Below are positions 27,403 through 40,432 of a stretch of 64,000 nt of DNA, piece by piece; position 1 is the first letter of the stretch; each line of letters starts with the position of its first letter. The notes under the pieces are model-generated. The model was not told the origin of the DNA. It saw only the letters and a list, made by a program, of their open reading frames with translations, and did not search any database. Source of the stretch: Paecilomyces variotii. Taxonomy: Eukaryota. Both the position numbers and the translations under genes were made by a program. The stretch lies in NCBI GenBank assembly GCA_004022145.1, contig RCNU01000006.1. The stretch is one strand, 5' to 3'.

Positions 27403-27808
27403 CATAGCACCGCGTCCCGGGCGACATTCGCGTTTCCCCAGCTCTCCAGGTCAATCAAGGTCGAGCCATCCTCGTCGCTGAGCTTTCATCCCCTCCACTA
27501 TGGCCTGAAGCTGGCTCTGGCCGATAACAACATCGTCGCAACTGATTCAACGAGCTTTCTTTGACCCAACCAATCTCCCCGGTCGACGATCCGCTGTGTG
27601 CGTGCGTCTTCGTTCCCTTTGCGGAGTCCGCCACCATATTTTTCTGGAGTCGCATTTTGCCGGTTGTCTCCACCTGAGCTTTTATGTGGATCGCGTGCAG
27701 AGCAGGCTCTTGATGAGGTAGTTTTGCTTGGGTGAAATTATCATTGGTATTCCATACATCGAACTACGAAAGAAAAGGGCAAGTCGGGTTAGGTCCGAAA
27801 AGTTCAAG

Positions 27809-30375
27809 ATGCAGTTTACAGAGGAAGAAGCTGCGGATGTGAAGAAGTGGGTGGTGAAGAGATTGGAGGATATGTAAGTTTATTTTCCTTCGATTTCTTT
27901 ATCCTGGGTCGTCGCTTTTTTTTGTCATTTGTCTGTGTTCTTCTTGCGGAGTGTGTTATTCCTTGCTGGGTGTTCAGTGTTCAGCTCTGTTTAAGTGCAA
28001 GATAAGCTGACAGATCTTTTTATCTGGTGGATAGCTCCGATGCCGATTCAGATGTCCTTGCGGACTATGTCCTCGCCCTGATCAGATCCGATGCGCCGGA
28101 CGAGGAGATTAGGAAAGCGTCTGTGGAGAATTTGGAAGATTTTCTGAGAGAACGTGAGTTGGAAGGATGATCCCTACGGTTACGTGTTGTCGTTATGTGG
28201 ATAGTTGCTGATAAAGCTGGTTGGCAGATACGGTGAAATTCGTGGATGAGATTTTTGAGAAGTTTGGTCCGAAGCAGCAGCAAGCTGCACCGGTGACTGC
28301 GCCGAATCAGTTCCCCGTGCAGAGTGTCAGTGTCGCGACCCCATCAGCGCCTTCTATCCAGCAGCAGCAGGATCCGTTTAACGTCCCTCTTGGAGCTCCG
28401 AAGGGTCCCTTTGGTGGCCCCATAGGCAGTGTTCCGACGCAACCTGCTGGATTCGACGGTGCGAACTATTCTCGGAAACGGACTTTCAACGAGGGATTCC
28501 AGGCCGATCAAGGCCCGGGTGAGCAGCAGTTCCATAGCAGAGTGTACAAGACGCCACGACGAGGGCGCGGTAGAGGTGACCGCATGGGCGGTCCTGGGAG
28601 AGATGGAAGGCCTGGGGGTCCTCCAGGTTCTCAGTTTCCTACACCAGGTGGATTTCCAGGTATGCCTGCGGGCTTCCCTCCGTTCGATCCGAATGATCCT
28701 ATGGGTGCCATGCTAGCGCTGCAAAATATGGGATTCCCGCCAATGCCTGGAATGCCGCCTCTTCCTCAGCAGCAAGGCAACTTGGCTGGCAAGAGCACAG
28801 AACGTTGTCCGCTGTATGACACGCAAGGGATCTGCTACTTGGGCGCAACATGTCCGTACCAGCATGGGGACTCTGTCGTGCCGCCTAGAGACGATGGTAA
28901 AGGACCTTCTATCTTGATATACTTTTTTTCATGCTAACGACTGTAGAATACGACCCTACGAACGCGAATATAATGATTGATGTTCAGCGAGATGGTGAAG
29001 GCGCCGGAAGAGGTTTCGAGAGGGGACGTGGCCGAGGTCGTGGTCGAGGGGACAGGGGTGGTTTTGCAGGACGAGGACGCGGCCGTGCTGAGTTCTCCAT
29101 GACTGGACCTAACGAGGACAGGTCGGTTACCACAATTGTTGTGGAGCAGATTCCAGAGGACAAGTTCAATGAGGAGTCTATCCGCGAGTTCTTCTCCCAG
29201 TTTGGAAACATTGTGGAGGTCACATTGCAGGCCCCTAGACATCTTGCTCTGGTCAAATATGATACCTATGAGTCCGCAAAGGCCGCTTGGTCAAGCCCGA
29301 AGGTCATTTTCGACAACCGCTTTGTCAAGGTCTATTGGTACAAGCCACGTGGGAAGCCAGATGCCAATGGTGGCCAGCGACATACGTCGTCCACTCCGAT
29401 GGATACGGAAGCAGATGCTACGCCCTTCGACAAAGAGGAGTTTGAGAGACAGCAATTAGAGGCCCAGAAGGCGCACGAGGAGCGGATGAAGAAGCTCAAG
29501 GAGACTGAAGAGGCTCGACAAGCGCTCGAGAAGCAGCGAGAAGAACTCCTCCGGAAGCAGCAAGAGGAGAAGGCCAGGCTCCTGGAGAGACTCAAAGAGA
29601 AGGGCGCTCTTAATGGTGCAGAAGAATTGAATGGTGATAAGGCTGAGTCCCCTGCCGACGAGAACGTCAGTGAGCAGACGAAGCAATTACGAGCACAGCT
29701 TGCTGCTCTCGAGGCCGAAGCGAAGAGCCTGGGCATTGATCCCAATAATCCTCAGCCGTCAACTTCTTTCCGTGGGCGCGGAAGAGGAACGCCTTACAGA
29801 GGGCGTGGTGGATTCCCCCCTCGTGGTCGTGGATATGACCCGTCGTTCCGGGGAGGCTTTAGAGGCAGAGGCGCCTTCCGTGGCCGTGGGGGTGTTCTTC
29901 GACTGGATAATCGACCGAAGAGGGTTGCTGTGTCTGGTGTGGAGTTCGATTCCTCCAAGGACGAAGCTCTTCGACAATACCTCATCGTAAGTTATTTTAC
30001 CGCTGGAGATACTTGTAGTCTGAAACTAACGACGGCATGCAGGGAATCGGAGAATATCAGTCCGTCGACCCCAACCCGGAGCGTTCAGATTCCCAGATTA
30101 TCACTTTTAAAGACCGCTACGTAGCTGAGAAGCTGATGTACGGTCCTACGACTATCCCCGGCGTCGGTAATGTCGAGTTGTCGTGGGTTGCCAACCCTGC
30201 CCCAACGCCCTCCGCCACCGGCGGACCCGGCCCAGACGGCAAGACCCGAGACGAAGACTCCGTCATGGAAAACACAGGAGATGCTGCTCCAGAGCCTGAC
30301 AGCACACGACGAGATGGCAATCATGAAGTCGACTACGACGTGGCCGAAGTGGACGATACGTGGGGAATCGAGTAA
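27809..30375 (+). CDS. PWI + CCCH zinc finger + RRM protein (RBM26/27, Rmn1-like)
   Basis: Exons 27809-27873, 28035-28153, 28228-28896, 28947-29986, 30043-30375. SDADSDVLADYVLAL (PWI), CPLYDTQGICYLGATCPYQH (CCCH), RRM ending IFDNRFVKVYW, RGG boxes. Confidence 0.88.
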
Positions 30376-30818
30376 ACCTCGGCTCACATCTGCATCATCT
30401 TGTCCCGCCAGAAAATGGAGGAAATGGGAGTTCAAAAGGCTTCATTTCATGTGGGAACTTTTCATCTCTGTCATGTAATAATGTAAATGCAAAGACTAGC
30501 TAGCTAGCTATCTATTGAGAGGCAAAAGCTAAGCAATCTCATCATGCCAATACAATCTTGTACAGTATAGTACGTTACAGACAGTGGATTATCCCTTTCC
30601 CTTTCCCAAAAAAGAAATGTTACCTAAATTCAGAAACTAGTATCTATCTATTTTCTCTGTCTTTAGATGATGGATGTCATTCTCATTCTCACACTGGCAG
30701 TATACATAGTGTTTCAAATCCTCATAGACCACCTACAGGGGTATAAGTTATATTCCCCGTTCCAAACATTAATATATCCTTTTTTCTGGGTATTTCTGTT
30801 GTGGGAATGATGCTTAAA

Positions 30819-32492
30819 TCAAATTTTCGACTTCCCTCCTCCCAACATCATCGTCTGAACTTGGAAAATCTTGACTAATTGACGAACTGCAAGGTCGAGA
30901 AGCACGTCTTCGGAGCCGCCGGGGATGCGGGTTCCAGGAACTTCGCGGTAGATTTCTGCCCATCTGTCAGTAAGTACTCTGGACTGCATTTCTCCAGAGG
31001 GAAAACGGTGATTTCAACGTAATAGACGAATGAAGAACAAAATGAGTAAATGTGGTTTCGGGAAGGAAGGGGGGCTTCTGGGTGGTAACATACTCTCTAC
31101 AATCTCCCCCCGTCCCGTACGAGTATATCCATTTCCACCAAACAATAACACCGCAACCTGCGCGCACTCATTCAGAACCATACCAGACCTCGCCTTCGCC
31201 AGGGCCGTCAGACCACCAAGCTGAATATCCGCCTCATTCCTATCCATCTTCTTGAGCTGGAACAAGAACTGTTCTATCCACGCAGAAAGACTCTCTAGCT
31301 CTGCTCCCGCCTTCGCCAACCGATGTCTCACGACCGGCTGATCCATGAGCGTCTTCCCGAACGCCTCGCGCTGCAGACAGTACTCGAATGCAGACGAAAG
31401 CGCCACGCGCGCCTGTCGCGTCGCGCCAATAGCGATGGTGAGTCGTTCGTGGTTGAAGTTCGTCATGATGTAGTGCATGCCGTGGCCTTCGAGGCCGATG
31501 AGGTTTTCAACGGGGACTTGGACGTCGTCGAGCTCGATGAAGGTCGTTCCGCCCGTGAGTTGGCCGGATACTTTGAGCTTGCGCATCGTTACGCCGGGGT
31601 GGTTCTTTAAAGGGACAAGGAGGAGAGAGAGGCCCTTGGCTCCTGGACCGCCGGTTCGGACGGCCATGGTCGTGTAGTCGGACCAGATGCCGTTGGTGAT
31701 CCTTTGCATGATCATGATGTTAGTATGGATGTATTAATTTGTATTTTGTATATATAGATATATATGGATATATAGGGATGATTGATTGATCGATTGGTTC
31801 CATGATATCAACATACCATTTCTTAGTTCCATTAACGATATAATGCTTTCCATCAGGTGTCTTCGTAGCCGTCGTCGTGATATTGGCAACGTCACTACCG
31901 GCCTCGGGCTCCGTGATGGCAATACACATTCTCTTTCGACCCGTTAGGAAATCAGGCAGGAAGCGTTCGTGTAGTTCGGGACTCCCGAATTTGAGAACTG
32001 GGGGGATGCCGAATGCGAATCCTGCAGACATTGATGCTCCGGGTCCGCCGATGCCGCTTCGTGACATCTACGTATGTATAAAATGTCAATTAATAAGTAC
32101 TTAATATAATGCTATACATCACATTATCAAAAAAAACCGAGACTCACTCACTCACTCACCTCATCGATATAAATCCCCGTATGAAAATAATCCCACTCCT
32201 CAACCTTCACGCCCAGAATATCATGAATACCCAACTTCTTCAACCACTCAACGGGTAGCGGCGAGGGCAGATTCGGAAGCAACATGTTATTCTTTCTGAA
32301 CGTCTCGTAGACGTGTGCGGGAACTTCCTCTGCGCGCTCCCACTCGAGAGCGTGCTTGTGGAGGTTCTCCCAGATGAATGCGCGACATGCTTTTTGGAAT
32401 CGATGGTGGGATTCTGTGTAGTAGGGTGATGGGATGCCGCGGAGATAGGGCGGTTCTGAGAAGGGGATGGGATTGGGGGAGTTGGTGGCCAT
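30819..32492 (-). CDS. Acyl-CoA dehydrogenase with C-terminal -SKI (PTS1-like)
   Basis: Exons 32492-32160, 32067-31817, 31701-31094, 30955-30819. Motifs CIAITEPEAGSDVA, VNGTKKWITNG, NFNHER, QREAFGKTL, RIPGGSEDV. Confidence 0.92.
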
Positions 32493-32980
32493 GGTTAGGT
32501 AGGTAGGTACTTGGTGGGTAGGATTGGGGAGATTGAATTGATGCTTTGTATTTTTTTTTTGTAATGGACCTTTGGATGGTATGATTGGGTAGATCTCCCT
32601 TATTTACCTAGCTGTAGCTATGTAGGTAGGTTGTTGTGCAATGTAAGAGGAGCGAGCGACTGTTGTAATTGAACCCGAGGATAGTTAGGTATGTTATATC
32701 ATTCAGATGAAGTTGCGACATACGACAAAAGCCTTTACATGTAAATGTGATTATATATAACAACCGGCAGAGTATGATTTCCGGCCATGTGAAACTGGAT
32801 GTAATACTGCTGAAGCTAGCGGAGTTGTTGACCTCTCGTTTTTGCGGGGAAGAATGTAATTACTTAGCCCGACGTCGACCGAGCCGAGGCTCCTGCTCGG
32901 GATATGATCTTCGTCGCCTCGATACGAACATATTTTCTCCATTACACTGTGTGACATCTGCTTTTTCTTGGGGAGTATAT

Positions 32981-33018
32981 TTTCTGGTCAAGTTAGTTAT
33001 ATTTCTGGTCAAGTTAGT
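32981..33018. repeat. Direct tandem duplication, 21-bp period (tttctggtcaagttagt x2)
   Basis: Identical 17-mers at 32981-32997 and 33002-33018. Confidence 0.8.
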
Positions 33019-33358
33019 CGATGATGGGACGGTTCGAGGTGTCTGTAGATTGTCACAGATATACTGTACGACGTTTCAGATGTCATGTACGCGTAAGACC
33101 ATTCTATTCCTCGTAATGTACTGGTATTTTTATAAGTAAACATCTCTTCTATGATGATCATTATGTTCGGGGAGAACAACATTAACGAGTGATATTGGGA
33201 GGATATATACATATATATCCTAAAAAGGTCATGATCGAAGGAAGGAAGGAAGGAAGAATCCACGCATCCTATTTCCGCAGATAACCTGCATCGTCGGTAA
33301 TAAGGTACGGTGAAAGAAAAGAGCGTCATTGAGTCTCTCCATGACTAAGTAGGATAGT

Positions 33359-35304
33359 TTACCACGAGAAGCTCTCCTCGATAAAGTCAATATGCGTCCG
33401 AGTCTGCCTTTTACGACAAGCTCGTCGGATGCCGTCACTCAGACTACCCGATCCACACACCATGACACCCATAGCACCCACCTGCTGTTCGATTTCTTCG
33501 TCAATGAGTTTCTCAGGGTCAGGACGCCCGATCAATGTCTGCAGGACAATGCGACTGGAAGGGTGTGAGGTTTCGGAAACTAGTCGGTGCATGTCCTCTG
33601 TGTTGCCGGGACGGGTTATGAAGAGCTTAACTCGAAGCACTTCCTCGCATCGTTCCATCTCAAGGAGATCCATCAGCCAAGGATAAACCCAGCTGACTTG
33701 GTCAGGGCTCTGGATCGCCCATGCCAACGTGACTTTTCGAGCAGCGGCAGTGCCATTGGCATAACCAGACACCAGCTCACGTACAAACGAGAAGGGATGC
33801 GTGATACCAACTCCACCGGCGAATAACAAGACGGTCCCATAGGAACTGGCCTCATGGATGCCTCCATAAGGGCCCTCGACGAAACCAGTGAGGTATATTG
33901 GCCGTCCAACGCTTTCTGCTGCACGCTTATATAGCTTATCGGTGAACCCACCTTGGCGCTTAATAACTAAAGACATGGTTTTGGAGGGCTCATCAAAGGA
34001 CGTGAGCATGGACTCTTTATCGAGTGACATACTCCGTGTCTCGCTCCACGCAACGCTGAATGGGTGAGAGGTCCAGAATCCGACTGAAGGTAGGTACAGA
34101 TAGACATGTTGACCGGGCTTGAACGTCCATGGACGGGCCATGAACAGGGTGACTCTCATTGCGTTTCCAGCGAGAGCTTCCACAGCGACTGTGGTTCCTC
34201 CATTGCCGATATTGCGACGGAAAAGGGTAATAAGGCGTACAGTTCGCTAGATTACCAGTTAGCCTTTCCAATGTCCCTATTAATTTGCATAATGCCGACT
34301 CACCTCGGCGGCCCAGGCGATGATCGCAGGTAGTAGGAAATATCGCTGTTCGGTGTACTCGTTGAGATGCGTCCAGAGAAACCCGAAGGTGACGAGTACG
34401 AGGGCAATGTGTGTATGAAGAAACGTCTCGTAAAAGGCATGTCGTAGAGGAGAGAAAGAATGGACGTTCAGACCCATGAAACCGCAGACAGCCTTTTTGA
34501 GTCAGTTAGGATGACCTTTCCTGCACTGGCTGGTAGGAACTTACCACGAGCCCAACCAGACAGAAAGCGTCGGTTTGAAAGAGCTGTCCGATGGCTAGGG
34601 TTCCACCTATGTTTATATTAGCAAGGGCTACACCAACAGTTTATGTACCACTAACCTTTCTGGCCTACTGGAACGATAGTGACAAGGGCATGTGCAATTG
34701 CCTCCAGCACGATGCATCGTGCAATCCACCGATGAAGGAAGTTAAAAGTATCGAACGAGACATGAAGTATGGCAATCAAAGGATTATTGCGACCAGCGAA
34801 AATGACCAAGGGAATAAGATTGGCCACTGCCATGGCGCCCGTCCGACTCCTAAAATCGTCCCATAGCTCCTTTGACGAAAAGTCAAGATCCACAAGAACG
34901 AACAGGAAATTGAATCCCACGACGCCGAAGAGAATGAGTGTCTGCAGACGACTGGGGACCGTTCCAAGCGTCAGGCTCTTGCTGAGCTGAAGTTCTCGAT
35001 TATGTCTCGTTCCAAACAGCGGCGCATAGATTAAATGCTCCTTCAGAGGTCCAAGGAATGTACTGGCGGAAACGAAATAGCGCTGGGTGGGATTGTTCAG
35101 ACACGAAATCTTTCGAAGATATGCGGACATCCGAGCTGCAGCTTGCCAGGCCAAGGTAATTGCTACTGCTCCAGCGATCACTGCAATATAAACTCCCGCA
35201 AGAGCCACATGGATATTGAAGGGTGGCGCTCCTCCTTCTTCCCCTTCCGCCATAACGACTGCGGCCGTGGACAATAATATGAGCCCAAGTGATAGCACAC
35301 CCAT
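33359..35304 (-). CDS. Ferric/cupric-chelate reductase (FRE family)
   Basis: Exons 35304-34656, 34606-34545, 34492-34304, 34246-33359. Signal-like N-terminus, AGRNNPLI, LHRW, YETFLHTH, HPFS (FAD), EGPYG, AGGVGIT, VCG, ends EESFSW. Confidence 0.92.
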
Positions 35305-35429
35305 GTTGCTCCGTTCAAAAATGTTATCAAAGAAAGCGGAGAAATGTAAGAACGGTTTGGAGAGTTGCCGTTTCTCGAGAAAGAACAATACTATAGCCCC
35401 GGAATACAGTCCTGCTGTAAATCGAGGGA

Positions 35430-35457
35430 GAATGAAGAATAAGAATAAGAATAAGAA
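35430..35457. repeat. (AAGAAT)n short microsatellite
   Basis: gaatgaagaataagaataagaataagaa just upstream of the reductase start. Confidence 0.6.
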
Positions 35458-36232
35458 CTGAAAGAATCAAATATCAAACCTCCCCGATTAAGAAAGCAGC
35501 AAAAAGAACTGAAAAAAAGTAAAGTTGCACGAAAATATAGAAACACAATAAAAGATGACAAGCAGGACATGATTCCACTGTGATATAAACTTCTACTCGA
35601 TTCACCAAGAGGCCATGAGACACCGCCAAGAAGAGAGTCGTCACCCGAGTTTGATAACAAAGCGAATTGTCATGACGGGAAACCAATGAGATCACACATA
35701 ATCTCATCAGTGTGGCTAGAGCAACAGATTTAGAGCGCAGCGGGACGTGCGAAGAAACAGATCCCTTGGGAGCAGCAAGGTGTGCCGAGTATTGCTAGCT
35801 TCAAAGATGAGATGGACCGGTGGCTGTTCCAAAGGGTTTTATCAGGCTTGGCCATCCAAGGAGATGGTGACATGGTTATTGACAACCAAAGAAATGTATG
35901 TCACACAATAATGCATAGGAGAAGTGAATAAAGCTTGTTTGACTGATTGTATTAGCAGAATGCCACGAACAATTTCCTGGCGGACCTACAAAACCAACCT
36001 AACTTTCGTCGGACACTCAGACATGCTTGACTCTACATCAACATTTGCAAGCCAAAAAAGGTGCATTGTTTCTCGAAGAAATTAGGCCCACAAGGGACCA
36101 CTGGGCTGTTTCGATCAACCGTGCCCATCGGATCGGTGAAATGGTGAGTAAGAATAACCGCATAGCTGCGGCAGACCTGCGACATGCACGGTCTCATATG
36201 TGTTACCGCGTTTTAGCCTCGACACAGTCAAG

Positions 36233-36241
36233 ATCAGATAA
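36233..36241. promoter_or_regulatory. Putative SreA (iron-responsive GATA factor) site ATCAGATAA
   Basis: Exact match to ATCWGATAA, about 930 bp upstream of the ferric reductase ATG. Confidence 0.45.
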
Positions 36242-36659
36242 GCATTCCTAAGCAGTGGTCCATGAATCTCTAAGAGAAATGATTCGCTGCGTCAACTTCC
36301 AGTGCTTGTTTCTCGCTCTTGCGACTTGTTACCTTCCGTGTCTTTGTCAAGGGATCAACAGGGCCTTGAGCTGTAGACCTTGACAACTATCAATTGCTTG
36401 TATCGCACCCAAAGGCCGGATAATGCAACAGTATCAGAAGTCGAGCTGACTAGGAACTGCATTTCTCCTCAAGAAGCATCTGAGGTTTGAGGGACCCCCT
36501 CTAGTACTAACTGATGTCACCCTGGAGAGGATAATTGTTGTCACAGCGGTGTTTACTGCTCATCTGATCAGCAGCACTTATTCTTCCGGTGAAGAGATGG
36601 AGACTTGAAAAACATAACTGAGTTTAGTCATTTATCGCAATCGTCGTTTAATAAGCGGA

Positions 36660-37310
36660 AACTTACATGGAGAGGGATGAGTCGGAAGAACTAATAGACA
36701 GGAGCGAAACACAGGTCTCAATTCAGACAACCCGAGCCGTCGGAGTCTTAAAGAGATCAGTTAAGCCCTAAGAGAGCCCGTAAGCCATCTGGAAACTAAC
36801 CCTTACTTGAAACTCGATCTCAGCATCGGGGAATATCTCGCTGAGGTAGCTAGAACCGGTCCATGTGGAACCCAGGTCATGAAACTTGATCCTGAAACGA
36901 AGCGCTCTGTGATTATTCAACAACCAGATCTGGCGACAGAATCTGAAAGTCGTCGCACTTACCAGCGTAACCTTCTGACCGGAACGTGAGAAGTTGAGGA
37001 TCATCAAGTTTGTATGTATATTCGCTATTATTCGATGAACCAATCTGGCTTTCTGACCAGGCGCCTTCCTCAAGTCTCACTCTGGCAGCAGAAACCTCTC
37101 CCTTATCTTAGCAGGAACAGGACAGCATGAATGTCATACTAGCTAGAGCGTCGAGGCGACCGTGCGGTCGTGTCTTGAAGATTAACTCTTTGAAGGATGG
37201 GAACCTGTAGATATCCGAATGACGGTTGGCCTAGCGAACACGAATTAAGCTCCACCCTAAATTTTCTGGATCGCTTCCCGGGCCAGCTTATGATTCGAAG
37301 AATTTGAAAC
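36660..37310 (+). pseudogene. Possible decayed gene fragment
   Basis: Protein-like frame DNPSRRSLKEIS*ALREPVSHLETNPYLKLDLSIGEYLAEVAR... with an internal TAA, followed by an intron-like GTATGT..CTGACCAG. No family recognised. Confidence 0.2.
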
Positions 37311-37775
37311 GAAAATAAATCGCTTTTCACAGCACTCTGTCGGTGCTGACTAGACTATGAGATTCGCGACCTAAGTTTGAATTGATACCTTACTGCCTCA
37401 GGCCTAAAAATACAACAAGTATCAGCAGTTCACCGCCTTTCCGGAAACGGAAAGTTCCCCCTAGATGAACATCTCGAGTCTCTGTAATCAATTACACCTA
37501 ACTAACTAACACGTACTCTTCTCCTTTGAGTTGGACAATGAAAACATAATATTCTGTTGCGCAATCCTTTTTGATTGAATTTGGCTATAGCAGGGATGCA
37601 TTTTTCCAGTGCAGCGAATCAAGACAGCTGGCGACAGGACAGCTTAACATCGTTCGATACATCTCAACGCTCGTCGCACTAGCATACCTAGTACCTGTAC
37701 CTCTACATAGCTAGCACTTACAAGGTGTTTACGTGATCAAAGTGATCTATTCAGGCCTTTCAGGCACCCTTGAAA

Positions 37776-39683
37776 ATGGAAGATGGTGCCTCATCTGCAA
37801 ACGCCCGGGCTGCTTCTCGAACACGCGGAGACATCATTCCGCTTCTGAGACCTCGACCGCCGGATTTCAGGGATGGATACAAAAAAGTTACACGTCCTGA
37901 ACCTCTCACATTCGATCGTGTCAATGAGGGCCACCCGCCGGCATCAGGGGCGATCCTCTTCAAACTTCCGGTGGAGGTGCTCGCAAACATCCTTCTGCAT
38001 ATCCCTGACGAAAGTCTTCCCTCTCTTGCTTTAGTCAACAGCGACTGCCGCCAATTAGCCAGATCTCGTCAGTTCAGTAGTATCTGCTTTGATTACAGTG
38101 ACTCCTGCTTTCAACTGGGAACGCACCTGGAGAAAGAATTGCAAGAACGCCAGAGCAATGCTGCCCATGCAGTACGGCCATCTTTAGGGGCATGCATCCG
38201 GCATCTGACCGTTAATACGGTGTCCTCTCACATGGAATCCAGACATTCTCTGAGGACTAGGGATGTTATGTATCTTTCTCGAGAAAAGTTCCATTCCCGG
38301 TTTGACAGGGCCTCGTCTCTATACTTCAACAGATACCTTCCCTCCATAGAGCGTATCTTGCCTTCCTTGCCGCATCTTCGCCGGCTGGAATGGAGGGACA
38401 GCATTGAAGTGGACTACGAGTTTTTTGAGGCACTTCTGAAGTCTAATGTCCATAGTTTGAAACTATTGGATATCAAACCATCGCAGCAATGTCAGGCGGA
38501 GATGCTAAATAGATTGCCCACCCAACAGTGGCGTCTGCGAACCCTGTATTTGCAATCGCGCGACTTCAGTGGACGAGATGAGGCAGCTCACAGATATCCT
38601 CCACTCTCTATCAATATTCTGCAAGCCTGCGCCGAAACACTTGAATCACTGACTTGGGTCGTGGAAGAGCCATATGAACCTCAACACCTGCTAGTATCTA
38701 TTGACTACGACTCAAAAATTCCACGTTTCCCGAAACTGCGTGATCTGATCTTGATAAAGAATAATTGGCTGCTCTATCCTCCCACTATTCTCCACGCACT
38801 GATCCCCCCAAGTGAGGAGTGCCTGCTTCGGTCGCTGTGTATCGATCCAGAAGACATGGTGGTCTCTGAGCTTCTCGACAAACGTGGCAGAATCCCGTCC
38901 CTGGAAAGACTCGAACTGTATAATAAATGCCCAAGGCTACCTATGGATTTTATTATTGCCAACGACCAGTTGTCGAAATTGTCTTTCCAGTTTTCTCTTT
39001 CTTCGGAGTTCCTCAGGTTCAAGCTTCTACCGGTGCTATCGCGTTCGTTCGCCAACCTAACATCTCTTCACCTTACATGGCATGGCGACTTTATCCCGCG
39101 AGAGGATCTTGAAATAATTGGCACAATTAAAGGACTTGAACAGGTCTGGCTAAGTGCGGGAACACAGACTGGACTTTACTACGATTGGCTTATAGACCAT
39201 CAGGCCATGCGTGAAACGTTCTTGCATTTACCAAGGCTAAGGAGGTTTGCTTTTTCACGAGATTCATACCTCAGTACCAGTGATAGCACAGTTGAAAGAT
39301 ATTACTTTGAACGATACACAGTCGAAGTCATGCGAGCTATGGAAGATGCCGATCAATTTCCCCAGGGTCGCTCCCGTCACAACATAGGGTTTTCGAAACT
39401 GTGCCAGATGATCTGGGAGAGCCTACACCGGAAGCGAATGTTGTCGGAAGCACAGAAGTACCTTCAGGAATTACCAAATCACCCGCTCGAGTGGATGTAT
39501 TTCGGACAGATCCCGATGGATGTGAAATGTGTCTCTGGCCGTAAGGAGGCATATCCCTCATTCCATAAGAGAGATGATTGCTTCACTCATCTCCGGAAGA
39601 TGTTTAACTGGGATACATACGATTTGCTCGAGAGAAAGTACGAGTTAGGAGAGGATAACCACGACCTAGAGGAGGACGAATAA
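37776..39683 (+). CDS. F-box-like protein with LRR-like repeats, intronless
   Basis: 635-aa ORF from ATG 37776. F-box-like LFKLPVEVLANILLHIPDESLPSLALVNSDCRQLAR, then LPHLRRLEW, FPKLRDLIL, FANLTSLHL repeats. Confidence 0.75.
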   Translation: MEDGASSANARAASRTRGDIIPLLRPRPPDFRDGYKKVTRPEPLTFDRVNEGHPPASGAILFKLPVEVLANILLHIPDESLPSLALVNSDCRQLARSRQFSSICFDYSDSCFQLGTHLEKELQERQSNAAHAVRPSLGACIRHLTVNTVSSHMESRHSLRTRDVMYLSREKFHSRFDRASSLYFNRYLPSIERILPSLPHLRRLEWRDSIEVDYEFFEALLKSNVHSLKLLDIKPSQQCQAEMLNRLPTQQWRLRTLYLQSRDFSGRDEAAHRYPPLSINILQACAETLESLTWVVEEPYEPQHLLVSIDYDSKIPRFPKLRDLILIKNNWLLYPPTILHALIPPSEECLLRSLCIDPEDMVVSELLDKRGRIPSLERLELYNKCPRLPMDFIIANDQLSKLSFQFSLSSEFLRFKLLPVLSRSFANLTSLHLTWHGDFIPREDLEIIGTIKGLEQVWLSAGTQTGLYYDWLIDHQAMRETFLHLPRLRRFAFSRDSYLSTSDSTVERYYFERYTVEVMRAMEDADQFPQGRSRHNIGFSKLCQMIWESLHRKRMLSEAQKYLQELPNHPLEWMYFGQIPMDVKCVSGRKEAYPSFHKRDDCFTHLRKMFNWDTYDLLERKYELGEDNHDLEEDE

Positions 39684-40432
39684 CTCAAATCCATGTCGGC
39701 TGGAGTTGCGAAGATATCCCAATGTTGGTTTTATGGAGAAGTTGGCGCTTGATTCCCTGGGTGCAAAAAGACCATTAATAATGTAGTAGTGTTAGTGTAC
39801 CTGCAGAAATCAACAAATATCTCGACTTCTTGTCATAACCTTTACCCGCGGGATTCAATATGACTACCTATGTACGGGGTGCCAGCCTGTAATAGCCGGC
39901 ATGTTTAGTCTTTTTAAGCGAGTAATCAATTCCACCTATTTCTCAGCCTCGCTGCTTGGAAATTCCACAACATCGTGGTGTATAGACTCCCATGAAAAGC
40001 CCACGTGACGCCTGTCATATTTCCCTTTTGAGGCTACTAACCACCAAAAAGCGATATTAATTAGTGATACTGATTGTGTAAAATCTAGACCTTACATCCC
40101 AGCCGTTATGATTGTAGGCAGGATATATTACCCGTACTAGAGCCTGAAAAGAAACATCAAATTGTCAAATTGGTCATACTGCAAACACATACACCCTGTG
40201 CTTTATAGTCCATACAAATAGATATCATGCGCATTGTGCAGAATCCCGCGGGAATTTCTGCTCAAAGGAGGAAGAAATAACATGTTCCTGACTCCTCCCA
40301 GAAAGTCGATCTACCCCGCTCTCTATCGCGCTATATGAACCTTGCCCTTTCTTCTGCCTTCGGATTCCATGAAACGCTGGCTGATTCACGATGATGATGC
40401 TATGCAATGCTCATTTCATCCAGTGATGCCTT

